64,000 nt of DNA from Burkholderiaceae bacterium. GTDB taxonomy: Bacteria; Pseudomonadota; Gammaproteobacteria; Burkholderiales; Burkholderiaceae_C. Where the stretch lies: positions 1,451,784 through 1,515,783 of the forward strand of contig CP126124.1 of the NCBI GenBank assembly GCA_030123545.1, written 5' to 3'. The position numbers were made by a program, and so were the translations under genes. Below, piece after piece: positions 47,103-57,439 of this stretch; the first letter of the stretch is position 1, and each line of letters opens with the position of its first letter. The notes under the pieces are model-generated. The model was given only the letters and a program-made list of their open reading frames with translations. It was not told the origin of the DNA and did no database searches.

Positions 47103-49106
47103 ATGATGCAGGGAACGAACGTGCTGTTCGGTCAGATTGCCGTGGTGTTCGGCATCGTGATCGCTGGGGTGTGGAGCGCCACGCAATGGACAGCCGCCGC
47201 CCTGGGCTATCAGCTACGCCTTGGCTCGCCCTGGTTCGATTTCTTCGGTACGCCGGTCTATCACCCGTGGCGGCTGTTCGAGTGGTGGTTCGTCTTCGAT
47301 GCCTATGCGCCGCGCGTGTTCGACACCGGCGGCGCCATCGCAGGCGGCAGCGGATTGCTGGCGGTGGTGGTCGCCATCGGCATGTCGATCTGGCGCTCGC
47401 GGCAATCGCGCCTGGTCACGACCTACGGCTCGGCCCGCTGGGCGAACGCGGATGACATTCGCAAGGCCGGCCTCACGCAGCCGACCGGCGTGTTCCTCGG
47501 CCAGCACGACCACCAGTACCTGCGCCATGAAGGCCCGGAACACATCCTGACCTTCGCGCCCACGCGCTCGGGCAAGGGCGTGGGCCTCGTGGTGCCGACG
47601 CTGCTTTCCTGGCCAGCTTCGGCCGTCATCCACGACATCAAAGGCGAGAACTGGCAGATCACCGCCGGTTGGCGCTCGCGCTTTTCGCATTGCTTGCTGT
47701 TCAACCCGACGGATAGCCAGTCAGCGGCCTACAACCCGCTGCTGGAAGTGCGGCGCGGCGTGCATGAAGTCCGCGACGTGCAGAACATCGCCGACATTCT
47801 GGTCGATCCCGAAGGGGCGTTAGAGAAACGCAATCATTGGGAGAAGACCAGCCATGCGCTGCTGGTCGGCGCGATTCTGCACGTGCTCTATGCCGGCGAG
47901 GACAAGACGCTGTGCGGCGTCGCCAACTTCCTGTCTGACCCGGCTTGCCCGTTCGAGCTGACGCTGCACCGGATGATGACGACCCTGCACCTGGGCGATC
48001 GCTCGCACCCGGTGGTGGCGTCGGCCGCGCGCGAAGTGCTCAACAAATCGGACAACGAGCGTTCCGGCGTGTTGAGCACCGCCATGTCGTTCCTCGGCCT
48101 GTACCGTGACCCCACGGTGGCCGAAGTCACATCGCGCTGCGACTGGCGCATCGCCGACCTGATCGCGGCCGAGCATCCGGTGTCGCTGTACCTGGTGGTG
48201 CCGCCTTCGGACATTTCGCGCACGAAGCCGCTCATTCGCCTGATCCTCAACCAGATCGGCCGGCGCCTCACCGAATCGCTCGATGGCTCCGATGGCATCG
48301 AGCGCCGTCACAAGCTGCTGCTGATGCTCGATGAGTTTCCGGCGCTGGGGCGCCTGGACTTCTTCGAGACGGCGCTGGCCTTCATGGCGGGCTACGGCAT
48401 CCGCAGCTTTCTCATCGCGCAGTCGCTCAACCAGATCGACAAGGCGTATGGGCAGAACCATTCCATCCTCGACAACTGCCATGTGCGCGTGACGTTCGCC
48501 ACGAACGACGAGCGCACCGCCAAGCGGATCTCCGAGACGCTGGGTACGGCCACCGAGCTGCGCGCCCAGCGCAACTACGCGGGCCACCGGCTTGCGCCGT
48601 GGCTGGGCCACCTGATGGTGTCGCGCCAGGAAACCGCGCGTCCGCTGCTGACGCCGGGTGAAGTCATGCAGCTTCCGCCCGACGAGGCCGTGGTGATGGT
48701 GTCCAGCGTGGCACCGATCAAGTCGAAGAAGCTGCGCTACTACGCGGACGCCAATTTCAAGCGCCGCGTGCTGCCGCCGCCTGTGCTTGCAGGCGGTCAG
48801 TACGCCGACGCGCCGCCGCTACGCCCGGACGACTGGAGCGGGCTGGCGATCCCCGCCGTGCCCGCCGCACCGGCCACGGCATCCGCCGATGGCCTGGGTT
48901 CCACGGATGAAGGCGGCCCGCGCCGTCAGCCTGAACTCTCCGAAACCGTCGCCTACGACCCCGAGCTGGCCGCGCCCGCAGCCGACCTCGGGTTGCTCGA
49001 TGACGACGACGACTTGCCGCTTCCCCTTCCGCGCCAGCTTGATCCGGCCATGCAGCGCACGGCCCGGCTGGCTTCCCTCGACCCTGACGACGGAATCGAC
49101 CTATGA
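47103..49106 (+). CDS. traG: type IV coupling protein TraG/VirD4
   Basis: 667 aa: FAPTRSGKGVGLVVPT Walker A, LLMLDEFPALG Walker B. Confidence 0.93.
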   Translation: MMQGTNVLFGQIAVVFGIVIAGVWSATQWTAAALGYQLRLGSPWFDFFGTPVYHPWRLFEWWFVFDAYAPRVFDTGGAIAGGSGLLAVVVAIGMSIWRSRQSRLVTTYGSARWANADDIRKAGLTQPTGVFLGQHDHQYLRHEGPEHILTFAPTRSGKGVGLVVPTLLSWPASAVIHDIKGENWQITAGWRSRFSHCLLFNPTDSQSAAYNPLLEVRRGVHEVRDVQNIADILVDPEGALEKRNHWEKTSHALLVGAILHVLYAGEDKTLCGVANFLSDPACPFELTLHRMMTTLHLGDRSHPVVASAAREVLNKSDNERSGVLSTAMSFLGLYRDPTVAEVTSRCDWRIADLIAAEHPVSLYLVVPPSDISRTKPLIRLILNQIGRRLTESLDGSDGIERRHKLLLMLDEFPALGRLDFFETALAFMAGYGIRSFLIAQSLNQIDKAYGQNHSILDNCHVRVTFATNDERTAKRISETLGTATELRAQRNYAGHRLAPWLGHLMVSRQETARPLLTPGEVMQLPPDEAVVMVSSVAPIKSKKLRYYADANFKRRVLPPPVLAGGQYADAPPLRPDDWSGLAIPAVPAAPATASADGLGSTDEGGPRRQPELSETVAYDPELAAPAADLGLLDDDDDLPLPLPRQLDPAMQRTARLASLDPDDGIDL

Positions 49107-49549
49107 CCCAACACCGCCTCAACGTGTTCATCCAGCCTGAGCATGGCAAGCGGCTCGACGAACTGGCCGCCAAGAAAGGCGTATCCAAGTCCAGCATCGT
49201 CGCTGCCGCCTTGGCATCGTGGCTGTCGCCCGATGCCGCCGACCAGCGCGAAGCAGCAATTGCCAAGCGCCTGGATCGCTTGTCACGGCACGCCGAGCGC
49301 ATGGAGCGCGACCTGAACATCCAGATCGAGACGCTGGCACTGTTCATCCGCTACTTCCTCACGGTGAGCACGCCCGTGCCCGAAGCGCATCAGGACGCAG
49401 CGCGCGCCCAGGGCAAGGCGCGCTTCGAGCAGTTCGTCGAACAACTCGGGCGGCATTTGCTGCGCGGTCGCAGTCTGGTGCGGGACGTGGTGGAAGAACT
49501 GCATCCAGACCCGGCACGCATGGACGACGCGCAGGAGCGCGCGTCATGA
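49103..49549 (+). CDS. CopG/ribbon-helix-helix family protein
   Basis: MTQHRLNVFIQPEHGKRLDELAAKKGVSKSSIVAAAL. Overlaps the traG stop and the trbB start. Confidence 0.7.
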   Translation: MTQHRLNVFIQPEHGKRLDELAAKKGVSKSSIVAAALASWLSPDAADQREAAIAKRLDRLSRHAERMERDLNIQIETLALFIRYFLTVSTPVPEAHQDAARAQGKARFEQFVEQLGRHLLRGRSLVRDVVEELHPDPARMDDAQERAS

Positions 49550-50580
49550 GCGCCGTTCCTTCCTTCACCGCCGTTTCCCTGGATCGCCGCATCCAGATGC
49601 TGCGCACGGCAATGGGGCCGCTGATCGCCGCCGCGCTGGAAGACCCCGACGTAGTGGAAGTCATGCTGAACCCGGATCGAACCTTGTGGATCGACCGGCT
49701 TTCGTCGGGTCGCGCACCGATGGGTGTGGAGCTGTCCGAGGCGGACGGTGAACGCATCATCCGCCTCGTCGCGGCCCACGTCGGCGCCGAGGTGCATCGC
49801 GGTCAGCCGCTCCTGACGGCGGAGCTGCCCGAGACGGGCGAGCGCTTCGAGGGCATCTTGCCGCCCGCCGCACCGGGGCCGGCCTTCGCCTTGCGCAAGC
49901 GCGCCTTTGGCGTGATCCCGCTGTCGCGCTACATCGAGGACGGAATGATGACCGCCGCGCAGGCGGGTCTGCTGGTGCGCGCCGTGCGCGAGCGCCAAAA
50001 CATCCTGATCGCAGGTGGGACGAGCACCGGCAAGACCACCTTGGCCAATGCGCTACTGGCGGAGATCGCCGCCACGGGCGACCGCGTGCTGGTGCTCGAA
50101 GACACTGTGGAGCTGCAATGCGCGGCCCGCGACCATGTGCCGCTGCGCACACGCCAGGGCGTCGTGTCCATGACCGAGTTGGTGCGTTCGTCCATGCGCC
50201 TGCGCCCGGATCGCGTGGTCGTCGGCGAGGTACGCGGCGCCGAAGCGCTGGATCTCATCAAGGTGTGGGGTACAGGCCATCCGGGCGGCATTGCCACGAT
50301 CCATGCCGGCTCCGCGCTGGGCGCGCTGCTGCGTTTGGAGCAACTGATCCTCGAAGTGGCGGTGAACCCGCCCCGTGCGTTGATCGCGGAAGCGGTCAAT
50401 GTGGTCATCCACATCGCTGGGCGCGGGCGCAAGCGCCGCATCGAGAGCATCGCCCGCGTCATCGGCTTCGATGGCGTGGGCTACCACCTGGCGGATGCGC
50501 TTGAGGCTCCATTCCCGGAGCTGCTGCCGCAGTCCGACCTTTCCTCCCCGTCCCCTGACCACTCTGGAGAACTTCCATGA
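49546..50580 (+). CDS. trbB: P-type conjugative transfer ATPase TrbB (VirB11 family)
   Basis: 344 aa from MSAVPSFTAV: GGTSTGKTTLANAL, RLRPDRVVVGEVRG. Confidence 0.92.
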   Translation: MSAVPSFTAVSLDRRIQMLRTAMGPLIAAALEDPDVVEVMLNPDRTLWIDRLSSGRAPMGVELSEADGERIIRLVAAHVGAEVHRGQPLLTAELPETGERFEGILPPAAPGPAFALRKRAFGVIPLSRYIEDGMMTAAQAGLLVRAVRERQNILIAGGTSTGKTTLANALLAEIAATGDRVLVLEDTVELQCAARDHVPLRTRQGVVSMTELVRSSMRLRPDRVVVGEVRGAEALDLIKVWGTGHPGGIATIHAGSALGALLRLEQLILEVAVNPPRALIAEAVNVVIHIAGRGRKRRIESIARVIGFDGVGYHLADALEAPFPELLPQSDLSSPSPDHSGELP

Positions 50581-50954
50581 CGCACGTTGATGCTTTCCGT
50601 ATTTCCGCAAATCCGCTTCCTCGGCCCGCACGGCTGCATGGCTTGGCTCGCCCGGCCATTCAGGGCTTGATGCTCGCTGCCTTCATGCTGCTGCTCGCAG
50701 GTACTGCGCAGGCCGCCGGTTCTTCGATGCCCTGGGAAGGACCGCTGCAATCTATCCTCGAATCCATCCAGGGGCCGGTGGCGCGCATCGTCGCAGTCAT
50801 CATCATCATCGCCACGGGCTTGGCGCTGGCCTTCGGCGATACCTCGGGCGGCTTCCGCAAGCTGATCCAGATCGTGTTTGGCCTGTCCATCGCGTTCGCC
50901 GCTTCGAGCTTCTTCCTGTCGTTCTTCAGCTTCTCCGGTGGGGCCGTCGTATGA
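50577..50954 (+). CDS. trbC: pilin TrbC (VirB2 family)
   Basis: 125 aa, signal sequence plus two TM segments. Confidence 0.8.
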   Translation: MTHVDAFRISANPLPRPARLHGLARPAIQGLMLAAFMLLLAGTAQAAGSSMPWEGPLQSILESIQGPVARIVAVIIIIATGLALAFGDTSGGFRKLIQIVFGLSIAFAASSFFLSFFSFSGGAVV

Positions 50955-51223
50955 ACGGCCCGCACGATGGAATGCCCGGCTTCGAGGTGCCGCTACATCG
51001 GTCTCTGACCGAGCCGATCCTGATGGGCGGCGCTCCGCGCACCGTGGCCATCACCAACGGCACGCTGGCCGCCGCCGTGGGCCTGGGCCTGCAACTGTGG
51101 ATTCCCGGCGTGGTGCTGTGGATCGCCGGCCATTCGCTGGCGGTGTGGGGTGCCCGAGTCGATCCGCAGTTCATGGCCGTGTTCGCGCGGCACATCAAGC
51201 ACCGGCCGCTGCTGGACGTGTGA
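50951..51223 (+). CDS. trbD: TrbD (VirB3 family)
   Basis: 90 aa: LHRSLTEPILMGGAPR. Confidence 0.8.
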   Translation: MNGPHDGMPGFEVPLHRSLTEPILMGGAPRTVAITNGTLAAAVGLGLQLWIPGVVLWIAGHSLAVWGARVDPQFMAVFARHIKHRPLLDV

Positions 51224-51232
51224 GGGAATGCC

Positions 51233-53668
51233 ATGCTGAACCTTGCCGAATACCGCCAGCGGCCCGCGCTGCTGGCCGACTGGCTGCCTTGGGCTGGACT
51301 GGTTGCGCCGGGCGTCGTCCTGAACAAGGACGGCAGTTTCCAGCGCACGGCGCGCTTTCGTGGCCCCGACCTCGATAGCGCAACGCAGGGCGAGCTGATC
51401 GCCACGGCTGCGCGGTTGAACAACGCGCTGCGCCGGCTCGGTTCGGGCTGGGCGCTGTTCATCGAGGCCGAGCGCCGCGCCGCCGCCGACTATCCGCACT
51501 CGGAGTTTCCCGAGCCGCTTTCGTGGCTGGTGGACGAGGAACGCCGCGCTACGTTCGAGGACTCGGGCAACCACTTCGAGAGCGGCTACCACCTGACGCT
51601 GGTGTACCTGCCGCCCGAGGAATCGCGCGCCCGCGCGGCGGGGATGCTGTACGAGAACCGGCCCACCGAAGGCGTGGACTGGCGCGAGCGCCTGACGGCC
51701 TTCGTGGCGGAAACCGATCGCGTCTTTGACCTGCTCGATGGCGTGATGCCGGAAATCGCCTGGCTCGATGACGGCCAGACGCTGACCTATCTGCACTCGA
51801 CCATCTCCACGCGGCGCTACCGCGTCAGCGTGCCCGAAGTGCCATTCCACATCGACGCGCTGCTGACGGATTCCGCACTGGTTGGCGGCCTGGCGCCCAT
51901 GCTGGGCGACCAGCACCTGCGCGTGGTGTCGGTGCGGGGCTTCCCGACCTCGACCTGGCCGGGGATTCTGGACGACCTCACCCGCCTCGGCTTTGGCTAT
52001 CGCTGGTCAACCCGGTTCCTCTGCATGGACAAAGCCGATGCGGAAAAGGAACTTTCCCGCCTGCGCCGCCAATGGTTCGCCAAGCGCAAGAACGTCATCG
52101 CGCTGCTGCGCGAAACCATCTTCCAGCAGGAAACCCCGCTGGTTGATACCGACGCCAGCAACAAATCGGCCGATGCAGACGCAGCGTTGCAGGAGCTGGG
52201 CAGCGACCAGGTGGCCTTCGGGTATGTCACCACCACGGTGACGGTGCTCGACGCCGACCCGGCAAAGGCCGACGAGAAGCTGCGCATGGTGGAACGGGTG
52301 ATTCAAGGGCGTGGGTTCGTGACGATCCCCGAGACCTTGAACGCGGTGGAGGCGTGGCTGTCGTCGATTCCCGGCCACGCCTACGCGAACGTCCGCCAGC
52401 CCATCGTCTCGACGCTGAACTTGGCGCACCTGATGCCGGTGTCCGCCGTATGGGCCGGGCCGGAGAAAAACTCCCACCTCGACGGCCCGCCGCTGATCGT
52501 GACCCGCACCGAAGGCGCGACGCCATTCCGGCTGGTCACGCACATCGGCGACGTGGGCCACACACTGGTGGCCGGGCCGACCGGCATGGGCAAGTCCGTC
52601 CTGCTCGCTACGCTGGCGATGCAGTTTCGGCGTTATCGCGGCTCACGCATCTTCGCCTTCGACATGGGGCGCTCGATGCGCGCCACGATCCTGGGCCTGG
52701 CCGGCGAGCACTACGACCTCGGGATGGATGGCGAGATTGCTTTCCAGCCGCTGGCCCGCATCGACCGTGAGGGCTACCGCACCTGGGCGGCCGAATGGAT
52801 CGAAGGGCGCTTGCGGCACGAAGGTGTCGCGGTCGGCCCCGACGAGAAGGTTGCCATCTGGTCGGCGCTCGGCAGTCTCGCTGGTGCGCCCGTGGAGCAG
52901 CGCACGATGACGGGTCTGTCGGTGCTGCTGCAATCGAACTCGCTGCGGCAGGCGCTCGCGCCCTATGTGTTGGGTGGCGCGCACGGCAAGCTGCTGGACG
53001 CCGACCATGATCGGCTGGGCATGGCCGACGTGCAGTGCTTCGAGATGGAGGAGCTGATGCACAGCAAGGCCGCCGTCATGGCCGTGCTGCATTACCTCTT
53101 TGCGCGCTTCGATGAACGCTTTGACGGTGCGCCCACGCTGCTGATCCTCGATGAAGCGTGGCTGTTCCTCGATGACCCGGTGTTTGCGGCGCGCATTCGC
53201 CAGTGGCTCAAGACGCTGCGCAAGAAGAACGTCAGCGTCATCTTCGCCACGCAGAGCCTGGCCGACATCAAGGATTCGAGCATCGCGCCCGCGATCATCG
53301 AAAGCTGCGCGAGCCGCATCTTTCTGCCGAACCCGCAGGCGACCGAGCCGCAAATCCGAGCTATCTACGAAGGCTTCGGCCTCAACAGCCGCCAGATCGA
53401 GATCGTCGCTACCGGGCAGCCCAAGCGCGACTACTACTACCAATCCCGCCTCGGAAACCGCCTGTTCGACCTCGACTTGGGGCCGGCGGCGCTCGCCTTC
53501 GCGGGTGCGTCCACACCGCAAGACCAGCGCGACATCGACGCGGTGCTCGCCGCTTCATCCGCTGTCACCCCGTTTGCAGCCGCGTGGCTGCGCCATCGCG
53601 GCCTGCATTGGGCCGCCGACCTGCTTTCCACGTTCCCGTCCACCCACCTCCAGGAGAACCCATCATGA
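51233..53668 (+). CDS. trbE: conjugal transfer ATPase TrbE (VirB4 family)
   Basis: 811 aa: GPTGMGKSV, LLILDEAW. Confidence 0.95.
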   Translation: MLNLAEYRQRPALLADWLPWAGLVAPGVVLNKDGSFQRTARFRGPDLDSATQGELIATAARLNNALRRLGSGWALFIEAERRAAADYPHSEFPEPLSWLVDEERRATFEDSGNHFESGYHLTLVYLPPEESRARAAGMLYENRPTEGVDWRERLTAFVAETDRVFDLLDGVMPEIAWLDDGQTLTYLHSTISTRRYRVSVPEVPFHIDALLTDSALVGGLAPMLGDQHLRVVSVRGFPTSTWPGILDDLTRLGFGYRWSTRFLCMDKADAEKELSRLRRQWFAKRKNVIALLRETIFQQETPLVDTDASNKSADADAALQELGSDQVAFGYVTTTVTVLDADPAKADEKLRMVERVIQGRGFVTIPETLNAVEAWLSSIPGHAYANVRQPIVSTLNLAHLMPVSAVWAGPEKNSHLDGPPLIVTRTEGATPFRLVTHIGDVGHTLVAGPTGMGKSVLLATLAMQFRRYRGSRIFAFDMGRSMRATILGLAGEHYDLGMDGEIAFQPLARIDREGYRTWAAEWIEGRLRHEGVAVGPDEKVAIWSALGSLAGAPVEQRTMTGLSVLLQSNSLRQALAPYVLGGAHGKLLDADHDRLGMADVQCFEMEELMHSKAAVMAVLHYLFARFDERFDGAPTLLILDEAWLFLDDPVFAARIRQWLKTLRKKNVSVIFATQSLADIKDSSIAPAIIESCASRIFLPNPQATEPQIRAIYEGFGLNSRQIEIVATGQPKRDYYYQSRLGNRLFDLDLGPAALAFAGASTPQDQRDIDAVLAASSAVTPFAAAWLRHRGLHWAADLLSTFPSTHLQENPS

Positions 53669-54390
53669 AAAGGCGTCTACTCGCCGCCGCCGTCGCGGCC
53701 ATGCTTTGCACCGCCACTGCCCATGCGCAATGGGTCGTGATCGACCCTACGAACCTGATCCAGAACACGCTGACGGCCATCCAGACGCTGGAGCAGATCT
53801 ACAACCAGATCAAGCAGCTTGAGAACGAGGCGCAGATGCTGCGTAACCAGGCGCGCAACCTGGCCAGCCTGCCGTCCAGCGTGGTCGGCCAGTTACGCGC
53901 CAACCTGGCGACCACCCAGCGGCTGATCGCCCAGGCCCGAGGCCTGGCTTATGACGTGACGAATCTGGATCGGGAGTTCCAGCGCCTGTATCCAGAGCAA
54001 TACGCCGCCACGGTGAGCGGCAACCAGATGTACCGCGACGCGCAGGAACGCTGGAAGAACACGCTCAATGGCTTGCAGACCACCATGCAGATGCAGGCCC
54101 AGGCATCGCAGAACCTGAGCGATGACGAAAGCGTGCTGGCCGACCTCGTGGGCAAGAGCCAATCGGCCGTGGGTGCTTTGCAGGCCATGCAAGCCACCAA
54201 CCAGCTTCTGGCCTTGCAGGCCAAGCAGTCCATCCAGACACAGCGCCTGAACATCACTCAGGATCGTGCCGCTTCGCTAGAGCTGGCGCGGCAGGCCGCC
54301 GCTGTGGAGCGGGGCCGCGAGGTGAACCGGCGCTTCTTGGGTGGAGGCACGCCGTACACGCCTCAGACCGTCGATTTTTATAGCCGCTGA
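53665..54390 (+). CDS. trbJ: TrbJ (VirB5 family)
   Basis: 241 aa from MKRRLLAAAVAAMLCTATAHAQ, then a coiled coil. Confidence 0.85.
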   Translation: MKRRLLAAAVAAMLCTATAHAQWVVIDPTNLIQNTLTAIQTLEQIYNQIKQLENEAQMLRNQARNLASLPSSVVGQLRANLATTQRLIAQARGLAYDVTNLDREFQRLYPEQYAATVSGNQMYRDAQERWKNTLNGLQTTMQMQAQASQNLSDDESVLADLVGKSQSAVGALQAMQATNQLLALQAKQSIQTQRLNITQDRAASLELARQAAAVERGREVNRRFLGGGTPYTPQTVDFYSR

Positions 54391-54402
54391 CGGGGTCGGG
54401 CC

Positions 54403-55737
54403 ATGAACGACGTTTCGGTCATCGACCGTTTCCTCGATGTTTTCTCGCGCTACATCGACTCGGGGTTTGGGCTGTTGCACGGCGAGGTGGCGTTCCTCAC
54501 GGCCACGCTGATCGTCATCGACATGACGCTCGCCGGGCTGTTCTGGGCAATGGGCCATGCCTCCGGCCAGGGCGAGGACGTGATCTCCAAATTGCTCCGC
54601 AAGGTGCTTTATGTCGGTGCCTTCGCCTACATCATCGGCAACTTCAACATGCTCGCCAGCGCGGTGTTCCGCTCGTTCGCGGGCCTGGGCCTGACGGCCA
54701 GCGGCTCGACCTTGAGCTTGGGCAACTTCTTGCAGCCGGGACGGCTCGCCAAGGTGGGCATCGACGCCGGGGCGCCCATTCTTGAGCAGATCAAGGAGAT
54801 GGCGGGCTTCCCCGAGGTGTTCATCCACATCATGCCCATCGTCGTGCTGTTCTTCGCATGGATGGTGGTCATCGTCAGCTTCTTCGTGCTGGCGGTGCAG
54901 CTCTTCGTCACGCTGATCGAGTTCAAGCTGACCACGCTCGCGGGCTTCGTGCTGGTGCCGTTCGCCCTCTGGAACAAGACAGCGTTCCTGGCCGAGAAGG
55001 TCTTGGGCAACGTGGTGTCGTCGGGCATCAAGGTGCTGGTGCTTGCCGTGATCGTGGGCATCGGCTCAGGGCTGTTCTCCGAGTTCAACATACCGGCCGG
55101 CTCGGAGCCGTCGATCGACCGGGCATTGGTCATCATGCTGGCCTCGCTCGCGATGCTGGCCCTGGGCATCTTTGGGCCGGGCATCGCGACGGGCTTGGTA
55201 TCGGGTGGGCCGCAGCTTGGCGCAGGCGCGATGGCTGGTGCCGCCATCGGCGCAGCCGGAACCGCTGTGGCGGTCGGTGCCGCGGCTGCGGGCGTCGGTA
55301 GTGCCGTGACGGCCGGAGCGCGCATGGCCCCCGCAGCCGCCCGCTCGATGACATCAACCGCCAGCATTGCCAGGTCGGCATATCAGGCGGGCTCCGCTTC
55401 GGCCGGTGGCGGCCTCAAGGGTGCCGCCGCTGGCGTAGGCAATGTCGCCAAGACTGGCGCGCGGGCGGCCGGGCAGAAGGTTGCCGACGGGGCGCGCTCG
55501 ATGAAAGAGCGCATGGCGGCGGCTTTTGGGCCTGACGACGCGCAGGCATCCAGCGCTGCATCCGCCGGGCCTGACGCTGCTGGTTCATCTCCGCCCGTCG
55601 AGCAACCCGCCTGGGCCAAGCGCCTGCATCGCAGGCAGCAACTCACCCACGCCGCGACGACAGCCGCCCACACGCTGCGCGGGGGCGACGGCGGCAGCTC
55701 CAGCCAGGGGCCGAGCCTGCGCGATTCCGATTCCTGA
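54403..55737 (+). CDS. trbL: TrbL (VirB6 family) with an Ala/Gly-rich C-terminal tail
   Basis: 444 aa, polytopic. Confidence 0.88.
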   Translation: MNDVSVIDRFLDVFSRYIDSGFGLLHGEVAFLTATLIVIDMTLAGLFWAMGHASGQGEDVISKLLRKVLYVGAFAYIIGNFNMLASAVFRSFAGLGLTASGSTLSLGNFLQPGRLAKVGIDAGAPILEQIKEMAGFPEVFIHIMPIVVLFFAWMVVIVSFFVLAVQLFVTLIEFKLTTLAGFVLVPFALWNKTAFLAEKVLGNVVSSGIKVLVLAVIVGIGSGLFSEFNIPAGSEPSIDRALVIMLASLAMLALGIFGPGIATGLVSGGPQLGAGAMAGAAIGAAGTAVAVGAAAAGVGSAVTAGARMAPAAARSMTSTASIARSAYQAGSASAGGGLKGAAAGVGNVAKTGARAAGQKVADGARSMKERMAAAFGPDDAQASSAASAGPDAAGSSPPVEQPAWAKRLHRRQQLTHAATTAAHTLRGGDGGSSSQGPSLRDSDS

Positions 55738-55755
55738 TCCTCAAGGAGAACACCC

Positions 55756-56460
55756 ATGCAATTCAAACGACCGCAGGTGCGCTACGCCGACACGCCGCAG
55801 CCTGCCACCCCGTACCAAGCTGCCGGTCAGGTGTGGGACGACCGTATAGGCTCGCCGCGCGTGCAGGCGAGGAACTGGCGGCTGATGGCCTTCGGGTGCC
55901 TCACGCTCGCGCTGCTGATGGCCGGCGGCCTGGTGTGGCGCTCGGCGCAGTCCATCGTGACGCCCTATGTGGTGGAGGTGGACAACGCGGGCCAGGTGCG
56001 CACCGTGGGCGAAGCCGCCACGCCTTACCGGCCGAACGATGCGCAGACGGCGCACCACATCGCGCGTTTCGTGACGCTGGTGCGCTCGCTGTCCATCGAC
56101 CCCATTGTCGTCCGCCAGAACTGGCTCGACGCCTACGACTACACCACCGACAAGGGCGCCGTGGCGCTCAACGACTACGCCCGCGTGAACGATCCGTTCG
56201 CGCGCATCGGCAAGGAGTCGGTGACGGTGCAGATCGCCAGCGTGACCCGTGCCAGCGACACGTCTTTCAACGTGCGCTGGACGGAACGGCGCTACGTCAA
56301 CGGCGCCGCCGCAGGCACTGAACGCTGGAACGCCGTGATTTCCATCGTGCAGCAGACGCCACGCACCGAGGAACGCCTGCGCAAGAACCCTCTCGGCATT
56401 TACGTCAATGGCCTGTCGTGGAGCCGCGAACTGGATTCTTCCGAAGGAGCAAAACCATGA
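55756..56460 (+). CDS. trbF: TrbF (VirB8 family)
   Basis: 234 aa, single TM segment plus an NTF2-like domain. Confidence 0.85.
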   Translation: MQFKRPQVRYADTPQPATPYQAAGQVWDDRIGSPRVQARNWRLMAFGCLTLALLMAGGLVWRSAQSIVTPYVVEVDNAGQVRTVGEAATPYRPNDAQTAHHIARFVTLVRSLSIDPIVVRQNWLDAYDYTTDKGAVALNDYARVNDPFARIGKESVTVQIASVTRASDTSFNVRWTERRYVNGAAAGTERWNAVISIVQQTPRTEERLRKNPLGIYVNGLSWSRELDSSEGAKP

Positions 56461-57437
56461 ACCTGTCTTTCCGTATTTACGCTTCCGTGCTGACGCTTGT
56501 GGCCCTGGCGGCCTGCGCCACGCAGGGCAAGCCGCCGCCGTCCATCTCGCTCGATGAGCCGGTGCAGGCGCAGCCGCTACCGGAGCCGCCTGCGCCGGTG
56601 GAGGTGGTGGCCATGCCGCAAGTGCTGCCGATGCCGGCTCAGATGAAGCCTGTGCCGGATGCCAAGCCCGCCGCAGAACCCGCCGATGAAACCGTGCGCG
56701 TGTCCCGCGCCAATGCCGAAGCGCGCATTGCGCCGACGCGCGAGGGCTACGTCAACGCAATCCAGGTGTGGCCCTTCACGGACGGCGCGCTATATCAGGT
56801 CTATGCGGCCGTGGGCCGCGTGACGGTGATCGCGCTCCAGCCGGGCGAGGAACTGGTGACTGTCGCTGCTGGCGACACGGTGCGCTGGATCGTGGGCGAC
56901 ACGTCCAGCGGCAGCGGCGACGCCTTGCGCGTCAACGTGATGGTCAAGCCGATCCGCTCGGCCCTGAAGACCAATCTCGTCGTCACCACCAGCCGCAGGA
57001 CGTACCTGCTGGAGCTGACCTCGACCGAGAAGACCTGGATGGCATCGGTGTCCTGGGAATATCCCAAGGACAGGATGCTGGCTTTGCAGCGCCAGGCGCA
57101 GGCAGCGAGCGCCGCCGCGCCGGTCGATAGCGGCCTGTCGCTGGAGAGGATCCGTTTCCGCTACGCGGTCAGCGGCAGCAATCCGCCATGGAAGCCGCTG
57201 CGCGCTTTCGATGATGGCGAGAAGGTCTACATCCAGTTTCCGCCGGGCATCGCCCAGGGCGAATTGCCGCCGCTGTTCGTGATTGGCGCGCAGGGCGACG
57301 GACAACTGGTGAACTACCGCTTCCGCTCGCCGTACTACATCGTTGATCGCCTGTTCGGCGCCGCCGAACTGCGCCTAGGCGGGGACAAGGGCGACGTGGT
57401 GCGGATCGAACGCACGGACGGAACGCGGAGGAACTGA
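56457..57437 (+). CDS. trbG: TrbG (VirB9 family)
   Basis: 326 aa from MNLSFRIYASVLTLVALAAC. Confidence 0.88.
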   Translation: MNLSFRIYASVLTLVALAACATQGKPPPSISLDEPVQAQPLPEPPAPVEVVAMPQVLPMPAQMKPVPDAKPAAEPADETVRVSRANAEARIAPTREGYVNAIQVWPFTDGALYQVYAAVGRVTVIALQPGEELVTVAAGDTVRWIVGDTSSGSGDALRVNVMVKPIRSALKTNLVVTTSRRTYLLELTSTEKTWMASVSWEYPKDRMLALQRQAQAASAAAPVDSGLSLERIRFRYAVSGSNPPWKPLRAFDDGEKVYIQFPPGIAQGELPPLFVIGAQGDGQLVNYRFRSPYYIVDRLFGAAELRLGGDKGDVVRIERTDGTRRN

Positions 57438-57439
57438 CC